NCBI RefSeq assembly: GCF_019656335.1 | Contig: NZ_BPLZ01000002.1 | Coordinates: forward strand, 178,904 to 242,903 | Direction of reading: 5' to 3' | DNA length: 64,000 bases | Origin: Pseudomonas sp. NCCP-436 | GTDB taxonomy: Bacteria > Pseudomonadota > Gammaproteobacteria > Pseudomonadales > Pseudomonadaceae | Made by a program: the position numbers and the translations under genes | Notes under the pieces: model-generated | The model's database searches: none | Seen by the model: only the letters and a program-made list of their open reading frames with translations | Told to the model about the DNA's origin: nothing | Part shown: positions 1 through 13,048 of the stretch, piece after piece | Layout of the letters: each line of letters starts with the position of its first letter | Numbering within the stretch: the first letter of the stretch is position 1

Positions 1-1
1 T

Positions 2-1063
2 GCCGTGCTGCAGTACACTGGTGGCACCACCGGAGTGGCCAAGGGCGCCATGCTGACCCATCGCAACCTAGTGGCCAACATGCTGCAGGTCAAGGAGCTG
101 ATGGGGGCCAACCTGAACGAAGGTTGTGAAGTGCTGATCGCGCCGTTGCCTCTGTACCACATCTATGCCTTTACCTTCCACTGCATGGCCATGATGCTGA
201 TCGGTGGTCACAACATTCTGTTGACCAATCCGCGTGACCTGCCGGCGGTTGTCAGGGAGCTGGCCAAGCATCGTTTTACCGGCTTCGTCGGCCTCAATAC
301 CCTGTTCGTCGCTCTGTGCAACAACGAAGAGTTCCGCAAGCTGGACTTCTCCGGCCTGAAAGCCACGTTCTCCGGGGGGATGGCGCTGCAGCAGGCTACT
401 GCCGAGCGCTGGCGCGAAGTCACCGGCTGCGCGATCTGCGAAGGTTTCGGTATGACCGAAACCAGCCCGGTGGCCACTGTCAATCCGTTCGGTGCAATCC
501 AGCTGGGCACTATCGGCATTCCGCTGCCTTCGACCCTGTGCAGGATTGTCGATGAGCAGGGGCGTGAGTTGCCCATCGGTGAGATCGGCGAGCTGTGCGT
601 GAAAGGCCCTCAGGTGATGAAGGGCTACTGGCAGCGTCAGGAGGCTACCGACGAGGTTCTTGATGCCGATGGCTGGCTGAAGACCGGCGACATCGGTCTG
701 ATCCAGGAGGACGGCTACCTGCGTATCGTCGATCGCAAGAAGGACATGATTCTGGTGTCCGGTTTCAACGTCTACCCCAACGAGCTGGAAGACGTGCTGG
801 CGACTCTGCCGGGCGTGCTGCAGTGCGCCGCCATCGGTGTGCCGGACGAGCGCTCCGGCGAGACGATCAAGGTATTTGTGGTGGTCAAGCCGGGCGCCAG
901 CCTGACCAGAGAGCAGGTGATCGAGCACATGCGTGCCAACGTAACCGGCTATAAGGTGCCCAAGGCCGTGGAGTTCCGCGACTCGCTGCCGACCACCAAC
1001 GTCGGCAAGATTCTGCGCCGCGAGCTGCGAGATGAAGAACTGAAGAAGCTGGGCCGGAAGTAA
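2..1063 (+). CDS. fadD: Long-chain-fatty-acid--CoA ligase, C-terminal part (5' end lies outside the window)
   Basis: Frame is open from the window edge. Acyl-CoA synthetase motifs seen: TGGTTGVAKGAMLTHRN, GYGMTE, GWLKTGD, and a C-terminal PKTxVGKILRREL. A terminator follows. Confidence 0.85.
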   Translation, partial: AVLQYTGGTTGVAKGAMLTHRNLVANMLQVKELMGANLNEGCEVLIAPLPLYHIYAFTFHCMAMMLIGGHNILLTNPRDLPAVVRELAKHRFTGFVGLNTLFVALCNNEEFRKLDFSGLKATFSGGMALQQATAERWREVTGCAICEGFGMTETSPVATVNPFGAIQLGTIGIPLPSTLCRIVDEQGRELPIGEIGELCVKGPQVMKGYWQRQEATDEVLDADGWLKTGDIGLIQEDGYLRIVDRKKDMILVSGFNVYPNELEDVLATLPGVLQCAAIGVPDERSGETIKVFVVVKPGASLTREQVIEHMRANVTGYKVPKAVEFRDSLPTTNVGKILRRELRDEELKKLGRK

Positions 1064-1080
1064 CTCGTCTGGTCGCACAG

Positions 1081-1106
1081 AAAACCCGCTTCGGCGGGTT
1101 TTTTGC
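1081..1106 (+). terminator. Rho-independent terminator after the fadD-like gene
   Basis: aaaacccgc-ttcg-gcgggtttttt, GC stem plus T-run. Confidence 0.8.
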
Positions 1107-1276
1107 GTCTGAGGGATAGCAGCATGCCGGTCTTTCGCCGGATGTCTTGAGGTGAACTGCTGCAGCCTTTGTTGAGAGGGGCGACAGCGCGTTCTGCGCG
1201 GCAATTTGTCATGCCCCGGTAGTCGTTGTGTTGATGCCGAAAATGAGAAGATAGTGCAGTTGACCGGGCAGACCAT

Positions 1277-2662
1277 ATGTCGAGGATGAAGATGTCTTAT
1301 ACCCGCAGGCAGATACTGGGCGGGCTGGCCGCTCTCGGCGTCGCTGGACTGGGTGCAGGTGGTGTTCGCTACTGGCTGGGGCGTCCGGCGAGCGTCGCGA
1401 GCCACGACTACGAGCTGATTGCCGCGCCGGTGGATTTGCAACTGGTGCCCGGACATCTGACTCAGTCCTGGGGCTATGGCGCCCAGGCGCCTGGCGTCGA
1501 GCTGCGCTGCCGCCAGGGCGAGCGGCTGCGAGTGCGCTTTATCAACCGCCTGGAGGTGGAGACCACCATTCACTGGCATGGCATCCGTCTGCCGCTGGAG
1601 ATGGATGGCGTGCCCTATGTCTCGCAACTGCCGGTCAAGCCTGGCGAGTATTTCGACTACGACTTTGTCTGCCACGATGCCGGCAGTTTCTGGTATCACC
1701 CGCATATGGCCAGTGCCGAGCAGCTTGGCCGCGGTCTGGTTGGCCCGCTGATTGTCGAAGAGCGCGAGCCGAGCGGCTTTCGGCACGAACGCACGCTGTG
1801 TCTGAAGACCTGGCACATCGACGAACAGGGCGCCTTTACCGATTTTCTGGTGCCACGCCTGGCTGCCCGTGAAGGTACCCGTGGACGCCTGACCACCCTC
1901 AACGGTACGCCGAACCCGACTCTGGATCTGCCGGCCGGACAGGTGGTGCGCCTGCGTCTGCTGAATGTCGACAACACGGTCACCTACCGCCTCAACCTGC
2001 CCGGTGGCGAGGCGCGTATCTATGCGCTGGACGGCAATCCGGTCGAGCCGCGCCCGCTGGGGCGGGAATATTGGCTCGGGCCGGGGATGCGCCTTGATCT
2101 GGCGCTGAAAGTTCCGGAGGCCGGGCAGGAGTTGTCACTGCGCAACGGCTCGTTACGTCTGGCCACTCTCAGGGGCGTCGCCAGTTCGGAGGTGCCGGGG
2201 CAATGGCCGCCGGCGCTGCCGGCCAACCCGGTGGCCGAGCCGGATCTGCAGCGTGCCGAGACCCTGCGTTTCAACTTCGAGTGGGCGGCAATGCCCTCCG
2301 GAGATGTCGGACGAGGTGGTAGCTATCGCTACTGGCAGATCAACGGTCAGGCCTGGGACATCAATGATCGAACCTGCGCCGAGCGGCCCATTGCCACGCT
2401 CAGGCAGGGCGGTCACTACATCTTCGTGCTGCGCAACCTGGCCCAATACCAGCACCCCATCCATCTGCACGGGATGACTTTCAAGGTGCTGGGTTCGGAT
2501 CGGCGGCGGATAGTCCCTTATTTCACCGATACCTACCTGCTGGGGAAGAACGAGACGGCGCGTATCGCTTTCGTTGCCGACAACCCGGGTGTCTGGATGT
2601 TTCACTGCCATGTGGTTGATCACATGGAAACGGGGCTGATGACGGCCATCGAAGTGGTGTAG
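1277..2662 (+). CDS. Multicopper oxidase with a Tat (twin-arginine) signal peptide
   Basis: N-terminal RRQILGGLAALGVAG Tat motif. Copper-site motifs HWHG, HPH, HLHG and HCH..H. Start could be 1277, 1286 or 1292. Confidence 0.85.
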   Translation: MSRMKMSYTRRQILGGLAALGVAGLGAGGVRYWLGRPASVASHDYELIAAPVDLQLVPGHLTQSWGYGAQAPGVELRCRQGERLRVRFINRLEVETTIHWHGIRLPLEMDGVPYVSQLPVKPGEYFDYDFVCHDAGSFWYHPHMASAEQLGRGLVGPLIVEEREPSGFRHERTLCLKTWHIDEQGAFTDFLVPRLAAREGTRGRLTTLNGTPNPTLDLPAGQVVRLRLLNVDNTVTYRLNLPGGEARIYALDGNPVEPRPLGREYWLGPGMRLDLALKVPEAGQELSLRNGSLRLATLRGVASSEVPGQWPPALPANPVAEPDLQRAETLRFNFEWAAMPSGDVGRGGSYRYWQINGQAWDINDRTCAERPIATLRQGGHYIFVLRNLAQYQHPIHLHGMTFKVLGSDRRRIVPYFTDTYLLGKNETARIAFVADNPGVWMFHCHVVDHMETGLMTAIEVV

Positions 2663-2694
2663 GGTGGCGCGGTTTTCGCCGTCAGGCAGGTGGG

Positions 2695-3180
2695 ATGGAT
2701 GCAATGAGACAACCGCGGATCATCGATCGTTCGTGTGACGAGCAGTTCATGCGTCTGGCGCTGGAGCAGGCACGCCTCGGTGGTGAGCAGGGCGAAGTGC
2801 CGGTGGGGGCCGTGCTGGTGCAGGAGGGGGAGGTGATCGGTCGCGGCTTCAACTGCCCGATTTCCCGTCATGATCCGAGCGCGCATGCCGAGATGGTGGC
2901 CATTCGTGCCGCTGCCGAGTCGGTACGCAACTACCGTCTACCCGGCAGTACTCTGTACGTCACTCTGGAGCCGTGCAGCATGTGCGCTGGACTGATCGTG
3001 CATGCACGAATTGCCCGTGTAGTCTTTGCCGCAAGCGAACCACGTGCCGGTATGGCGGTCAGTCAGGGCCGTTTCTTCGAGCAGGGTTTTCTCAATCACC
3101 GCGTGCTGGTAGAGGGCGGCTTGCTGGCCGAAGAGAGCGGTGAGTTGCTGCGGACGTTCTTCCGGGCCCGGCGTGGCTAG
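2695..3180 (+). CDS. tadA: tRNA-specific adenosine deaminase
   Basis: CDA-fold motifs HAEM and PCSMC. Size and position next to mltF are as in Pseudomonas. Confidence 0.9.
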   Translation: MDAMRQPRIIDRSCDEQFMRLALEQARLGGEQGEVPVGAVLVQEGEVIGRGFNCPISRHDPSAHAEMVAIRAAAESVRNYRLPGSTLYVTLEPCSMCAGLIVHARIARVVFAASEPRAGMAVSQGRFFEQGFLNHRVLVEGGLLAEESGELLRTFFRARRG

Positions 3181-3189
3181 GTTCTGCAC

Positions 3190-4770
<1,581 letters not shown>

Positions 4771-4824
4771 TTAGGATAGAATGCCCGGCCTCCAGCACAC
4801 TCCTTCCCAGAGGCTGTTCCGACG

Positions 4825-7800
4825 ATGTTGATTCTGCGCGGCGCTCCCGCTCTTTCCGCTTTCCGCCATGGCAAGTTGCTTGATCAACTGACCAGCAAGG
4901 TGCCGGCCGTGACCGGGCTGTACGCCGAGTTCGCACACTTTGCTGATGTTGATGGCGCCCTTTCTGCCGACGAACGGCATGTGCTGGCGCGTCTGCTCGA
5001 ATACGGCCCCAGCGTGCCGGTGCAGGAGCCAGTCGGTCGGCTGTTCCTGACCATCCCGCGCTTTGGCACCATCTCGCCCTGGTCGAGCAAGGCCAGCGAC
5101 ATCGCGCGTAACTGCGGTCTGGGCTGCATCCGCCGCTTGGAGCGGGGCGTTGCCTATTACGTAAGTGGTGATCTGACGGAGTCGGATCGGATCGCCGTCG
5201 CGACGCTGCTGCACGATCGTATGACCCAGGTGGTGGTCGACAGCATGGAAGCCGCTGCGCCGCTGTTCAGCCAGGCCGAGCCACGGCCGCTCACTGCTGT
5301 CGACGTTATCGGTGGCGGTCGTGCAGCACTGGAGCAGGCCAACCAGGATCTGGGCCTGGCGCTGGCCGAGGACGAGATCGACTACTTGGTTAAGGCCTTC
5401 AGCGAGTTGGGTCGCAATCCGCACGACATTGAGCTGATGATGTTTGCCCAGGCCAACTCCGAGCACTGTCGGCACAAGATTTTCAACGCCAGTTGGGACA
5501 TCGATGGCGAGGCCCAGGACAAGTCCCTGTTTGGCATGATCAAGAACACATACCAGATGCACAACGAGGGCGTGCTGTCGGCATACAAGGACAACGCCTC
5601 GGTGATCGAGGGTTTCACCGCCGGGCGTTTCTTCCCGAACCCGGAGACTCGCGAGTACGGCTTCAACAAGGAGCCGGTGCACATTCTGATGAAGGTGGAA
5701 ACGCACAACCACCCGACCGCCATTGCCCCGTTCCCTGGTGCCTCCACCGGTTCCGGCGGTGAGATCCGTGACGAGGGTGCCACCGGTCGCGGCGCCAAGC
5801 CCAAGGCGGGGCTCACCGGCTTCTCGGTGTCGAACCTGAATATTCCAGGTTTCGTGCAACCCTGGGAAAAGCCCTATGGCAAGCCCGAGCGCATCGTCAG
5901 CGCACTGGATATCATGATCGAAGGCCCGTTGGGCGGTGCCGCGTTCAACAACGAATTTGGCCGGCCGGCACTCAATGGCTACTTCCGGACTTTTGAGCAG
6001 GCCGTCGACAGCCCACGTGGCGAGGAAGTGCGTGGCTATCACAAGCCGATCATGCTTGCCGGCGGTCTTGGCAATATCCGCGAGGAGCATGTGCAAAAGG
6101 GCGAGATTTCGGTCGGCGCCAAGCTGATCGTGCTCGGTGGCCCGGCCATGCTGATCGGCCTGGGTGGTGGTGCGGCCTCATCCATGGCCACCGGTGCCAG
6201 CTCGGCCGACCTGGACTTTGCCTCGGTGCAGCGTGAGAACCCGGAAATGGAGCGTCGTTGCCAGGAGGTCATCGACCGCTGCTGGCAACTGGGGGCGAAG
6301 AACCCGATCAAGTTCATTCACGACGTCGGTGCCGGCGGCATCTCCAATGCCTTGCCGGAACTGATCAACGATGGCGGCCGCGGTGGGCGCTTCGAGCTGC
6401 GTGACGTGCCCAACGACGAGCCGGGCATGGCGCCGCACGAAATCTGGTGCAACGAGTCGCAGGAACGCTACGTGTTGTCGGTTGATGCCGCCGATTTCGA
6501 GACCTTCAAGGCTATCTGCGAGCGTGAGCGTTGCCCCTTCGCCGTGGTCGGTGAAGCTACCGCAGAGCCGCAACTGACCGTTACCGATCGCCACTTTGGC
6601 AATACCCCGGTGGACATGCCGCTCAACGTGCTGCTCGGTAAGCCGCCGCGCATGCACCGTAGCGTCACCCGCGAAGCCGAGCAGGGCGATGACTTTGCTG
6701 CCGGCGATGTTGCCATTGGCGAAGCGCTGGAGCGCGTGCTGCGTCACCCGGCAGTGGCCAGCAAGAGCTTCCTGATTACCATTGGTGATCGCACCATCAC
6801 CGGCCTGGTGGCCCGCGACCAGATGGTCGGCCCCTGGCAGGTGCCGGTGGCTGACTGTGCCGTGACCGCCACCAGCTTCGATGTCTACACCGGTGAAGCC
6901 ATGGCCATGGGCGAGCGCACCCCGCTGGCGCTGCTCGATGCTCCGGCTTCGGGCCGCATGGCCATCGGTGAAACCATTACCAACCTGGCTGCCGCTCGCA
7001 TCGAGAAACTGTCCGATATCAAGCTTTCGGCCAACTGGATGGCCGCTGCCGGTCACCCGGGCGAGGATGCGCGTCTGTATGACACGGTCAAGGCCGTGGG
7101 TATGGAGCTGTGCCCGCAACTCGGCCTGACCATTCCGGTAGGCAAGGACTCCATGTCCATGAAGACCCGCTGGCAGGAAGAGGGTGTCGACAAGAGCGTG
7201 ACCGCGCCGTTGTCGCTAGTGATCTCCGGTTTTGCTCCGGTACAGGACATCCGCCGGACCCTGACTCCACAGCTGCGCATGGACAAGGGCGATACCGACC
7301 TGATCCTGATCGACCTCGGTCGTGGCCAGAACCGTATGGGTGGCTCCATCCTTGCCCAGGTTTACGCCCGGATCGGCCAGCAGGCGCCGGATCTCGACGA
7401 CGCCGAAGATCTTAAGGCCTTCTTCGCGATAATTCAGGGGCTCAACGCCGACGGTCACCTGCTGGCCTACCACGACCGCTCCGACGGCGGCCTGCTGACC
7501 ACCGTGTTGGAAATGGCCTTTGCCGGGCATTGCGGCCTGAACCTGAGCTTCGATGCATTGGCCGATGACGCCTCCGAACTACCTGCCGTACTGTTCAATG
7601 AGGAACTCGGTGCGGTGATTCAGGTGCGTCGTGACGACACCGCCGGAGTGCTGGCCCAATTCAGCGCCGCCGGTCTTGGCGACTGCATCGCGGTGATCGG
7701 CCAGCCGGTCAACAGTGGTGCGGTCGAGATCCGGTTCAACGGCGAGTCGGTGTTCAGTGGCGAACGGCGTCTGCTGCAGCGCCAGTGGGCCGAGACCAGC

Positions 7801-8721
7801 TACCGCATCCAGCTCCTGCGCGACAATGCCGAGTGCGCCGATCAAGAGTTTGACGCGTTGCTGGAGGAGGACAATCCCGGCTTGCATGTCAAACTCAGTT
7901 ATGACGTCAACCAGGACATCGCCGCGCCCTACATCAGGAAGGGTGTGCGGCCGCAGGTGGCGATCCTCCGCGAGCAGGGCGTCAATGGTCAGGTGGAAAT
8001 GGCGGCAGCCTTCGATCGTGCCGGTTTCAGTGCCATCGACGTGCACATGAGCGACATTCTTGCCGGACGTGTCGATCTGGAAGCCTTCAAGGGGCTGGTG
8101 GCCTGTGGTGGGTTCTCTTATGGTGACGTGCTGGGTGCCGGCGAGGGCTGGGCCAAGTCGATCCTGTTCAATGCCCGTGCCCGTGATGCCTTTCAGGCCT
8201 TCTTCGAGCGCAAGGACAGCTTCGCCCTTGGGGTGTGCAATGGCTGCCAGATGATGAGCAACCTGCACGAGCTGATTCCAGGCACCGAGTTCTGGCCGCA
8301 CTTTGTGCGCAACCGCTCCGAGCAGTTCGAGGCACGCGTGGCCATGGTGCAGGTTCAGGAGTCGGCTTCGATCTTCCTGCAAGGTATGGCCGGCTCGCGC
8401 ATGCCGATCGCCATCGCCCACGGCGAGGGGCATGCCGAGTTCGAAAGTGAAGAGGCGCTGCTCCAGGCTGATCTGTCCGGCACTGTGGCCCTGCGTTATG
8501 TCGATAATCACGGCAAGGTTACTGAAACCTACCCGGCCAACCCCAACGGTTCTCCGCGCGGAATCACTGGCCTGACCAGCCGTGACGGTCGTGTCACCAT
8601 CATGATGCCGCACCCGGAGCGGGTGTTCCGCGCTGTGCAGAACTCCTGGCGCCCGGATGAGTGGCAGGAGGACGGCGGCTGGATGCGCATGTTCCGCAAC
8701 GCTCGCGTCTGGGTCGACTAA
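4825..8721 (+). CDS. purL: Phosphoribosylformylglycinamidine synthase
   Basis: 1298 aa. Large PurL architecture with a C-terminal glutamine amidotransferase (GVCNGCQ). Confidence 0.97.
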   Translation: MLILRGAPALSAFRHGKLLDQLTSKVPAVTGLYAEFAHFADVDGALSADERHVLARLLEYGPSVPVQEPVGRLFLTIPRFGTISPWSSKASDIARNCGLGCIRRLERGVAYYVSGDLTESDRIAVATLLHDRMTQVVVDSMEAAAPLFSQAEPRPLTAVDVIGGGRAALEQANQDLGLALAEDEIDYLVKAFSELGRNPHDIELMMFAQANSEHCRHKIFNASWDIDGEAQDKSLFGMIKNTYQMHNEGVLSAYKDNASVIEGFTAGRFFPNPETREYGFNKEPVHILMKVETHNHPTAIAPFPGASTGSGGEIRDEGATGRGAKPKAGLTGFSVSNLNIPGFVQPWEKPYGKPERIVSALDIMIEGPLGGAAFNNEFGRPALNGYFRTFEQAVDSPRGEEVRGYHKPIMLAGGLGNIREEHVQKGEISVGAKLIVLGGPAMLIGLGGGAASSMATGASSADLDFASVQRENPEMERRCQEVIDRCWQLGAKNPIKFIHDVGAGGISNALPELINDGGRGGRFELRDVPNDEPGMAPHEIWCNESQERYVLSVDAADFETFKAICERERCPFAVVGEATAEPQLTVTDRHFGNTPVDMPLNVLLGKPPRMHRSVTREAEQGDDFAAGDVAIGEALERVLRHPAVASKSFLITIGDRTITGLVARDQMVGPWQVPVADCAVTATSFDVYTGEAMAMGERTPLALLDAPASGRMAIGETITNLAAARIEKLSDIKLSANWMAAAGHPGEDARLYDTVKAVGMELCPQLGLTIPVGKDSMSMKTRWQEEGVDKSVTAPLSLVISGFAPVQDIRRTLTPQLRMDKGDTDLILIDLGRGQNRMGGSILAQVYARIGQQAPDLDDAEDLKAFFAIIQGLNADGHLLAYHDRSDGGLLTTVLEMAFAGHCGLNLSFDALADDASELPAVLFNEELGAVIQVRRDDTAGVLAQFSAAGLGDCIAVIGQPVNSGAVEIRFNGESVFSGERRLLQRQWAETSYRIQLLRDNAECADQEFDALLEEDNPGLHVKLSYDVNQDIAAPYIRKGVRPQVAILREQGVNGQVEMAAAFDRAGFSAIDVHMSDILAGRVDLEAFKGLVACGGFSYGDVLGAGEGWAKSILFNARARDAFQAFFERKDSFALGVCNGCQMMSNLHELIPGTEFWPHFVRNRSEQFEARVAMVQVQESASIFLQGMAGSRMPIAIAHGEGHAEFESEEALLQADLSGTVALRYVDNHGKVTETYPANPNGSPRGITGLTSRDGRVTIMMPHPERVFRAVQNSWRPDEWQEDGGWMRMFRNARVWVD

Positions 8722-8774
8722 GGCGTTGCTTGCACCTTTTCCCCGTATGCGGAGAAGGTGCTTTCAGGGACTGA

Positions 8775-8808
8775 AAAGGCCGGATCGGCGTTGCCGCCGG
8801 CCTTTTGG
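8775..8808 (+). terminator. Rho-independent terminator after purL
   Basis: aaaaggccggatcggcgttgccgccggcc followed by ttttgg. Confidence 0.7.
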
Positions 8809-8861
8809 TTGAGCCATGATGCATGACATGGCTGTCCGGCCGGGTCTGCAGGAGCTGCCCC

Positions 8862-9131
8862 ATGCCGACCGATTATCCCGGCATTTTTCCCGAAGTTCGC
8901 CTGGTTCGGCTTGGCGAAACCCACCACCTGTGCGGTTGCGGCCGCTGCGTCGGTCTACCCGATAGTGGAGCGAACTGCCCGCGTGTCGTCATTCTTCGTC
9001 CAAGACGCGAGCAGCGAGTGCTGCTGTGTCGTTGCGGGCGTTCGGCTGAGCTACCTTACTGTGACGGACGTCACGGCGCCCCGGCGCCGCGACTGGCCGA
9101 CAAGTGGCGGCGCTTTTTCGGCGCGGAGTGA
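8862..9131 (+). CDS. Small protein with a tandem CDGSH-type [2Fe-2S] domain
   Basis: Two motifs of the C-x-C-x2-S-x3-P-x-C-D-G-x-H type (LCGCGRC...; CRCGRSAELPYCDGRHG). GGAG ribosome-binding site 8 nt upstream of the ATG at 8862. Confidence 0.6.
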   Translation: MPTDYPGIFPEVRLVRLGETHHLCGCGRCVGLPDSGANCPRVVILRPRREQRVLLCRCGRSAELPYCDGRHGAPAPRLADKWRRFFGAE

Positions 9132-9279
9132 GAACGGCATGGGGAGCGACCAGTCCCATCCTGCATGTAGTGTCTTGTGATTTTGTGTGGCTGCGCTCAA
9201 GACAGAAGGGTGGCGAACTGACATTATATTGGCATCGTAGTCCTGTCTGCTGTTCAGTTGCCCATCACTGGAGAACTTG

Positions 9280-9597
9280 ATGTACAAGCTATGTTTCTAC
9301 GTGCCCGAAAGCCACCTGGAGCCGGTGAAGAGGGCGGTATTCGCTGCTGGTGGAGGGCGTATCGGCCTTTATGACAATTGCTGCTGGCAGGTGCTGGGAC
9401 AGGGGCAGTTTCGTGCTCTGGAGGGCAGTCAGCCGTTTCTCGGACAGGTCGGTGCGGTCGAGCAGGTGGCCGAGTGGAAGGTGGAAATGGTTGTAGCCGA
9501 CGAACTGATCCATGATGCGGTCAAGGCGCTGAAGAGTGCGCATCCCTACCAGACACCAGCCTTCGATGTGTGGCGGTTGTCCGATCTGCAGTTCTGA
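9280..9597 (+). CDS. Small conserved PII-like-fold protein (CutA/NIF3-insert-like, HPYQTP motif)
   Basis: 105 aa. GGAGAA ribosome-binding site. Conserved HPYQTP motif near the C-terminus. Confidence 0.6.
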   Translation: MYKLCFYVPESHLEPVKRAVFAAGGGRIGLYDNCCWQVLGQGQFRALEGSQPFLGQVGAVEQVAEWKVEMVVADELIHDAVKALKSAHPYQTPAFDVWRLSDLQF

Positions 9598-9619
9598 GCC
9601 GCACGACGTAGTCGTTACA

Positions 9620-10123
9620 TCAGGGGCGTATCTCGATCAGCGTGCCGTCACGCACCAGGCTCCAGACTTCGCGCATGTCGTCGTTCTTCATGGCGATGCA
9701 GCCCTCGGTCCAGTCCAGCGTATGGAAGAACCACTCCGGATATTCATCATCCAGTGGTGTGCCGTGGATCATGATCATGCCGCCTGGCGGCACGTCGGCG
9801 GCCTTGGCGCGGGCCAGATCGCGGGCGTTCGGATAGGAAATGTGCAGCGACAGCTGGTACTTCTCGCTGGGTTTGCGCCAGTCGATCCAGTAAAAGCCTT
9901 CCGGGGTTTTGAGATCTCCCTCGCGCTCTTTCGCGCCTTTGGGCTGTTTGCCCAGGGAGATGCGGTAGGAACGGATTGTCTCGCCACTGCGTTGCAGATG
10001 CAGCCTGCGTTCGGATTTGACCACCAGCACTTTGTCCACTGCAGGGGGGCTGATGGCCGTTGCGCTGGCTGCCGGAGCGTCTAGGCTGAGGAACAGGCAA
10101 AGCAGGGGCAGCAACCAGCGCAT
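9620..10123 (-). CDS. L,D-transpeptidase (YkuD domain) with a signal peptide
   Basis: Signal peptide, then a catalytic HGT...GCIAM motif typical of the YkuD L,D-transpeptidase domain. Confidence 0.85.
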   Translation of the reverse strand: MRWLLPLLCLFLSLDAPAASATAISPPAVDKVLVVKSERRLHLQRSGETIRSYRISLGKQPKGAKEREGDLKTPEGFYWIDWRKPSEKYQLSLHISYPNARDLARAKAADVPPGGMIMIHGTPLDDEYPEWFFHTLDWTEGCIAMKNDDMREVWSLVRDGTLIEIRP

Positions 10124-10405
10124 CGGGAGTATCCGTACAGGTCAACGGGGTTTGTAATGAGCGCGCAATGTGGCAAGTGGCTTGTTGCGCACCGGGAAAT
10201 TGTTCTGCCGATAGTTGGCGAAGAAGCATTCTAGGGTACGCTCCGTGGCGGGGAAAGCGAGTTCGGATCAGGGGGGCTGTGATTCTTCGAGCAGCTCCAT
10301 CTTCAGGTCATTTCTCCGGCAAACCGCATCCTCCGTCGGGCTTGGGCGCGGCAGTATTTTCGTGCCATGATGCCGGCTGGTTGAAAATGCCGGATACGTA
10401 TCCCG

Positions 10406-11008
10406 ATGCTTGATGAGTTGCTGCAACGTGTGCGCGGTTACCAGCCGCGTCCCCTGGAGGCCGCAGGCCGCTTTCCAGAGGCTGCGGTGCTGGTGCCTAT
10501 CACTCGCAGCGAAGAGCCGGAGCTGATTCTGACGCTGCGTGCAGCCGGCCTTTCGACGCATGGCGGCGAGGTGGCCTTCCCGGGCGGTCGGCGTGACCCG
10601 GGGGATCCGGATCTGGTGTTTACCGCCTTGCGCGAGTCAGAGGAGGAGGTGGGACTGCCACCAGGTCTGGTAGAGGTGATCGGGCCGTTAAGCAGTCTGG
10701 TCTCGCGTCATGGCATTCAGGTCACGCCTTATGTCGGTCTGGTGCCGGACTATGTCGAATACCGGGCCAACGACGCCGAGATCGCCTCGGTATTCTCCGT
10801 GCCGTTGAGCTTCTTTCGCAGCGACCCGCGAGAAATGACCCATCGCATCGATTACCTGGGGCGTAGCTGGTATGTGCCGTCCTATACCTACGGCGATTAC
10901 CGGATCTGGGGGTTGACGGCGATCATGGTAGTGGAACTGGTGAATCTGCTGTACGACGCCGACATCAGGCTGCAACAAGCGCCAGAACGCTTCATTCATT
11001 TGCCTTGA
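10406..11008 (+). CDS. NUDIX hydrolase, CoA pyrophosphatase type (NudL-like)
   Basis: Nudix box GGRRDPGDPDLVFTALRESEEEVGL. Size matches the CoA-pyrophosphatase subgroup. Confidence 0.8.
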   Translation: MLDELLQRVRGYQPRPLEAAGRFPEAAVLVPITRSEEPELILTLRAAGLSTHGGEVAFPGGRRDPGDPDLVFTALRESEEEVGLPPGLVEVIGPLSSLVSRHGIQVTPYVGLVPDYVEYRANDAEIASVFSVPLSFFRSDPREMTHRIDYLGRSWYVPSYTYGDYRIWGLTAIMVVELVNLLYDADIRLQQAPERFIHLP

Positions 11009-11020
11009 GGACAGACGAGC

Positions 11021-11545
11021 ATGAAATACCGACTGGGACAGTCCCGAGTCGACGCCCACCCCGACAGCTGGATCGCTCCGAGTGCCGAACTGATTGGCAA
11101 GGTGCGTCTGGAGGCTGGTTCCAGTGTCTGGTTTGGCGCCGTATTGCGCGGCGACAACGAGCTGATCCATGTCGGTGAGAACAGCAATGTGCAGGATGGC
11201 AGCGTGCTGCATACCGACATGGGATATCCGCTGACCCTGGGGCGTGGTGTGACGGTCGGGCATAAGGTGATGCTGCATGGCTGCACGGTGGACGATCACA
11301 GTCTGATCGGTATCAATGCAGTGATCCTTAACGGCGCAAAGATCGGCAAGTACTGCATCATCGGTGCCAATAGCCTGATTCCTGAAGGCAAGGTGATCCC
11401 GGATGGTAGCCTGGTGATGGGTAGCCCCGGCAAGGTCGTGCGCGAGCTGACTGAGGAGCAGAAGAAGATGCTTGAGGCCAGTGCTGCGCACTATGTACAC
11501 AATGCCCAGCGCTATGCACGCGAGCTGGAGCGTGACGATGGATGA
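11021..11545 (+). CDS. Gamma-class carbonic anhydrase family / hexapeptide-repeat protein (YrdA/PaaY-like)
   Basis: Left-handed beta-helix hexapeptide repeats. Conserved His ligands (HTDMG..., HGC). Confidence 0.85.
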   Translation: MKYRLGQSRVDAHPDSWIAPSAELIGKVRLEAGSSVWFGAVLRGDNELIHVGENSNVQDGSVLHTDMGYPLTLGRGVTVGHKVMLHGCTVDDHSLIGINAVILNGAKIGKYCIIGANSLIPEGKVIPDGSLVMGSPGKVVRELTEEQKKMLEASAAHYVHNAQRYARELERDDG

Positions 11546-11738
11546 GTCGCAGCGGTCGCTGCGCTCTCCCTGTGTGCAGGTGTGTGCTCTGGACGAACAG
11601 GATGTCTGCATCGGTTGTCACCGCACGGCAGCGGAGATCACCGCCTGGGGGCGCCTGGATAACGAGCAGCGCCGTATGGTGCTGCAGCGCAGTCTTGAGC
11701 GGGCTCGCACTGCGGGGGTGCTGTCGGTTCCATCCTGA
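11538..11738 (+). CDS. DUF1289-like small Cys-rich (putative Fe-S or Zn) protein
   Basis: C-x3-C...C-x2-C motif ([19 protein letters not shown]). The ATG overlaps the upstream stop (ATGGATGA coupling). Confidence 0.6.
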   Translation: MDESQRSLRSPCVQVCALDEQDVCIGCHRTAAEITAWGRLDNEQRRMVLQRSLERARTAGVLSVPS

Positions 11739-11866
11739 AGCAGCGTCCTTTGGTCGCTGTGCCGGGACGAATTTCTCTTAAGGCGCTGGGGCGGCCGCGT
11801 GTAAACTTCGTGCGCCGGCCGGTTGGCCTGTTTCGTCGACTCCATGTCCCGCTTCGAGGATTATTC

Positions 11867-13048
11867 ATGCCCCGTATTGGAACCCCCCTGTCGCCGAGTG
11901 CGACCCGTGTACTGCTGTGCGGCTGTGGCGAGCTCGGCAAGGAAGTGGTGATCGAACTGCAGCGTTTGGGCTGCGAGGTCATCGGTGTGGATCGCTACAC
12001 CGATGCGCCGGCCATGCAGGTGGCGCATCGCAGTCATGTCATCGACATGCTCGACGGTGCGGCGCTGCGTGCAGTGATCGAGCAAGAGCAGCCGCACTAC
12101 ATCGTGCCGGAAATCGAAGCCATTGCCACTGCCACACTGGTTGAACTGGAGGCCGAGGGCTTCAACGTGGTGCCCACTGCCCGTGCCGCACAATTGACCA
12201 TGAACCGCGAGGGAATCCGTCGCCTGGCTGCCGAGCAGTTGGGGTTGCCGACATCGCCTTACTTCTTCTGCGATGTCTTCGAGGAATTTGTCGCGGCCGT
12301 CAAAGCGCTGGGCTATCCCTGTGTGACTAAACCGATCATGAGTTCTTCGGGCAAGGGGCAAAGTGTGATTCGCTCCGAAGCCGATCTGCGCAAGGCGTGG
12401 GACTACGCTCAGGAGGGAGGTCGCGCAGGCAAGGGCCGGGTGATAGTCGAGGGATTCATCGACTTCGATTACGAAATTACCCTGCTGACCGTGCGACACA
12501 TCGGTGGCACCAGCTTCTGCGCACCGATCGGCCACCGTCAGGAAAATGGTGACTATCAGGAGTCCTGGCAGCCGCAGCCCATGAGCCCGGCGGCGCTGGC
12601 CGAGTCCGAGCGTGTGGCGTTGGCCGTGACCGAAGCGCTGGGTGGGCGCGGCCTGTTTGGCGTAGAGCTGTTCGTCAAGGGCGATCAGGTATGGTTCAGC
12701 GAGGTTTCGCCGCGTCCCCACGATACCGGCCTGGTGACCCTGATCTCTCAGGAGTTGTCCGAGTTCGCTCTGCATGCGCGCGCCATTCTTGGCTTGCCGA
12801 TTCCGGCCATCCGTCAGTTGGGCCCTTCGGCTTCGGCAGTGATTCTGGTCGACGGGCATTCCAGTCAGGCCGCCTTTGCCAATCTCGGCGAGGCGCTGAG
12901 CGAGGCGGACACTGCGCTGCGACTGTTTGGCAAGCCGGAGGTCAAAGGCCAGCGACGCATGGGGGTGGCCCTGGCTCGTGACGAGTCGATCGACAGGGCG
13001 CGTGCCAAGGCCTTGCGCAGCGCACGGGCGGTTCGCGTCGAGCTGTGA
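11867..13048 (+). CDS. purT: Formate-dependent phosphoribosylglycinamide formyltransferase
   Basis: ATP-grasp PurT motifs (LLGSGELGKEV-like, [10 protein letters not shown]). GAGGA ribosome-binding site 7 nt upstream. Confidence 0.93.
   Translation: MPRIGTPLSPSATRVLLCGCGELGKEVVIELQRLGCEVIGVDRYTDAPAMQVAHRSHVIDMLDGAALRAVIEQEQPHYIVPEIEAIATATLVELEAEGFNVVPTARAAQLTMNREGIRRLAAEQLGLPTSPYFFCDVFEEFVAAVKALGYPCVTKPIMSSSGKGQSVIRSEADLRKAWDYAQEGGRAGKGRVIVEGFIDFDYEITLLTVRHIGGTSFCAPIGHRQENGDYQESWQPQPMSPAALAESERVALAVTEALGGRGLFGVELFVKGDQVWFSEVSPRPHDTGLVTLISQELSEFALHARAILGLPIPAIRQLGPSASAVILVDGHSSQAAFANLGEALSEADTALRLFGKPEVKGQRRMGVALARDESIDRARAKALRSARAVRVEL

Noticed and set aside
68-1816. 582-aa minus-strand ORF spanning fadD and the multicopper oxidase
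   Set aside because: It is antisense to two genes with strong motifs and has low-complexity R/A/G/Q-rich composition typical of a high-GC antisense frame.
4771-6096. 441-aa minus ORF and several further long minus ORFs (6178-7119, 7579-8613) inside purL
   Set aside because: They are antisense to purL and have no motifs.
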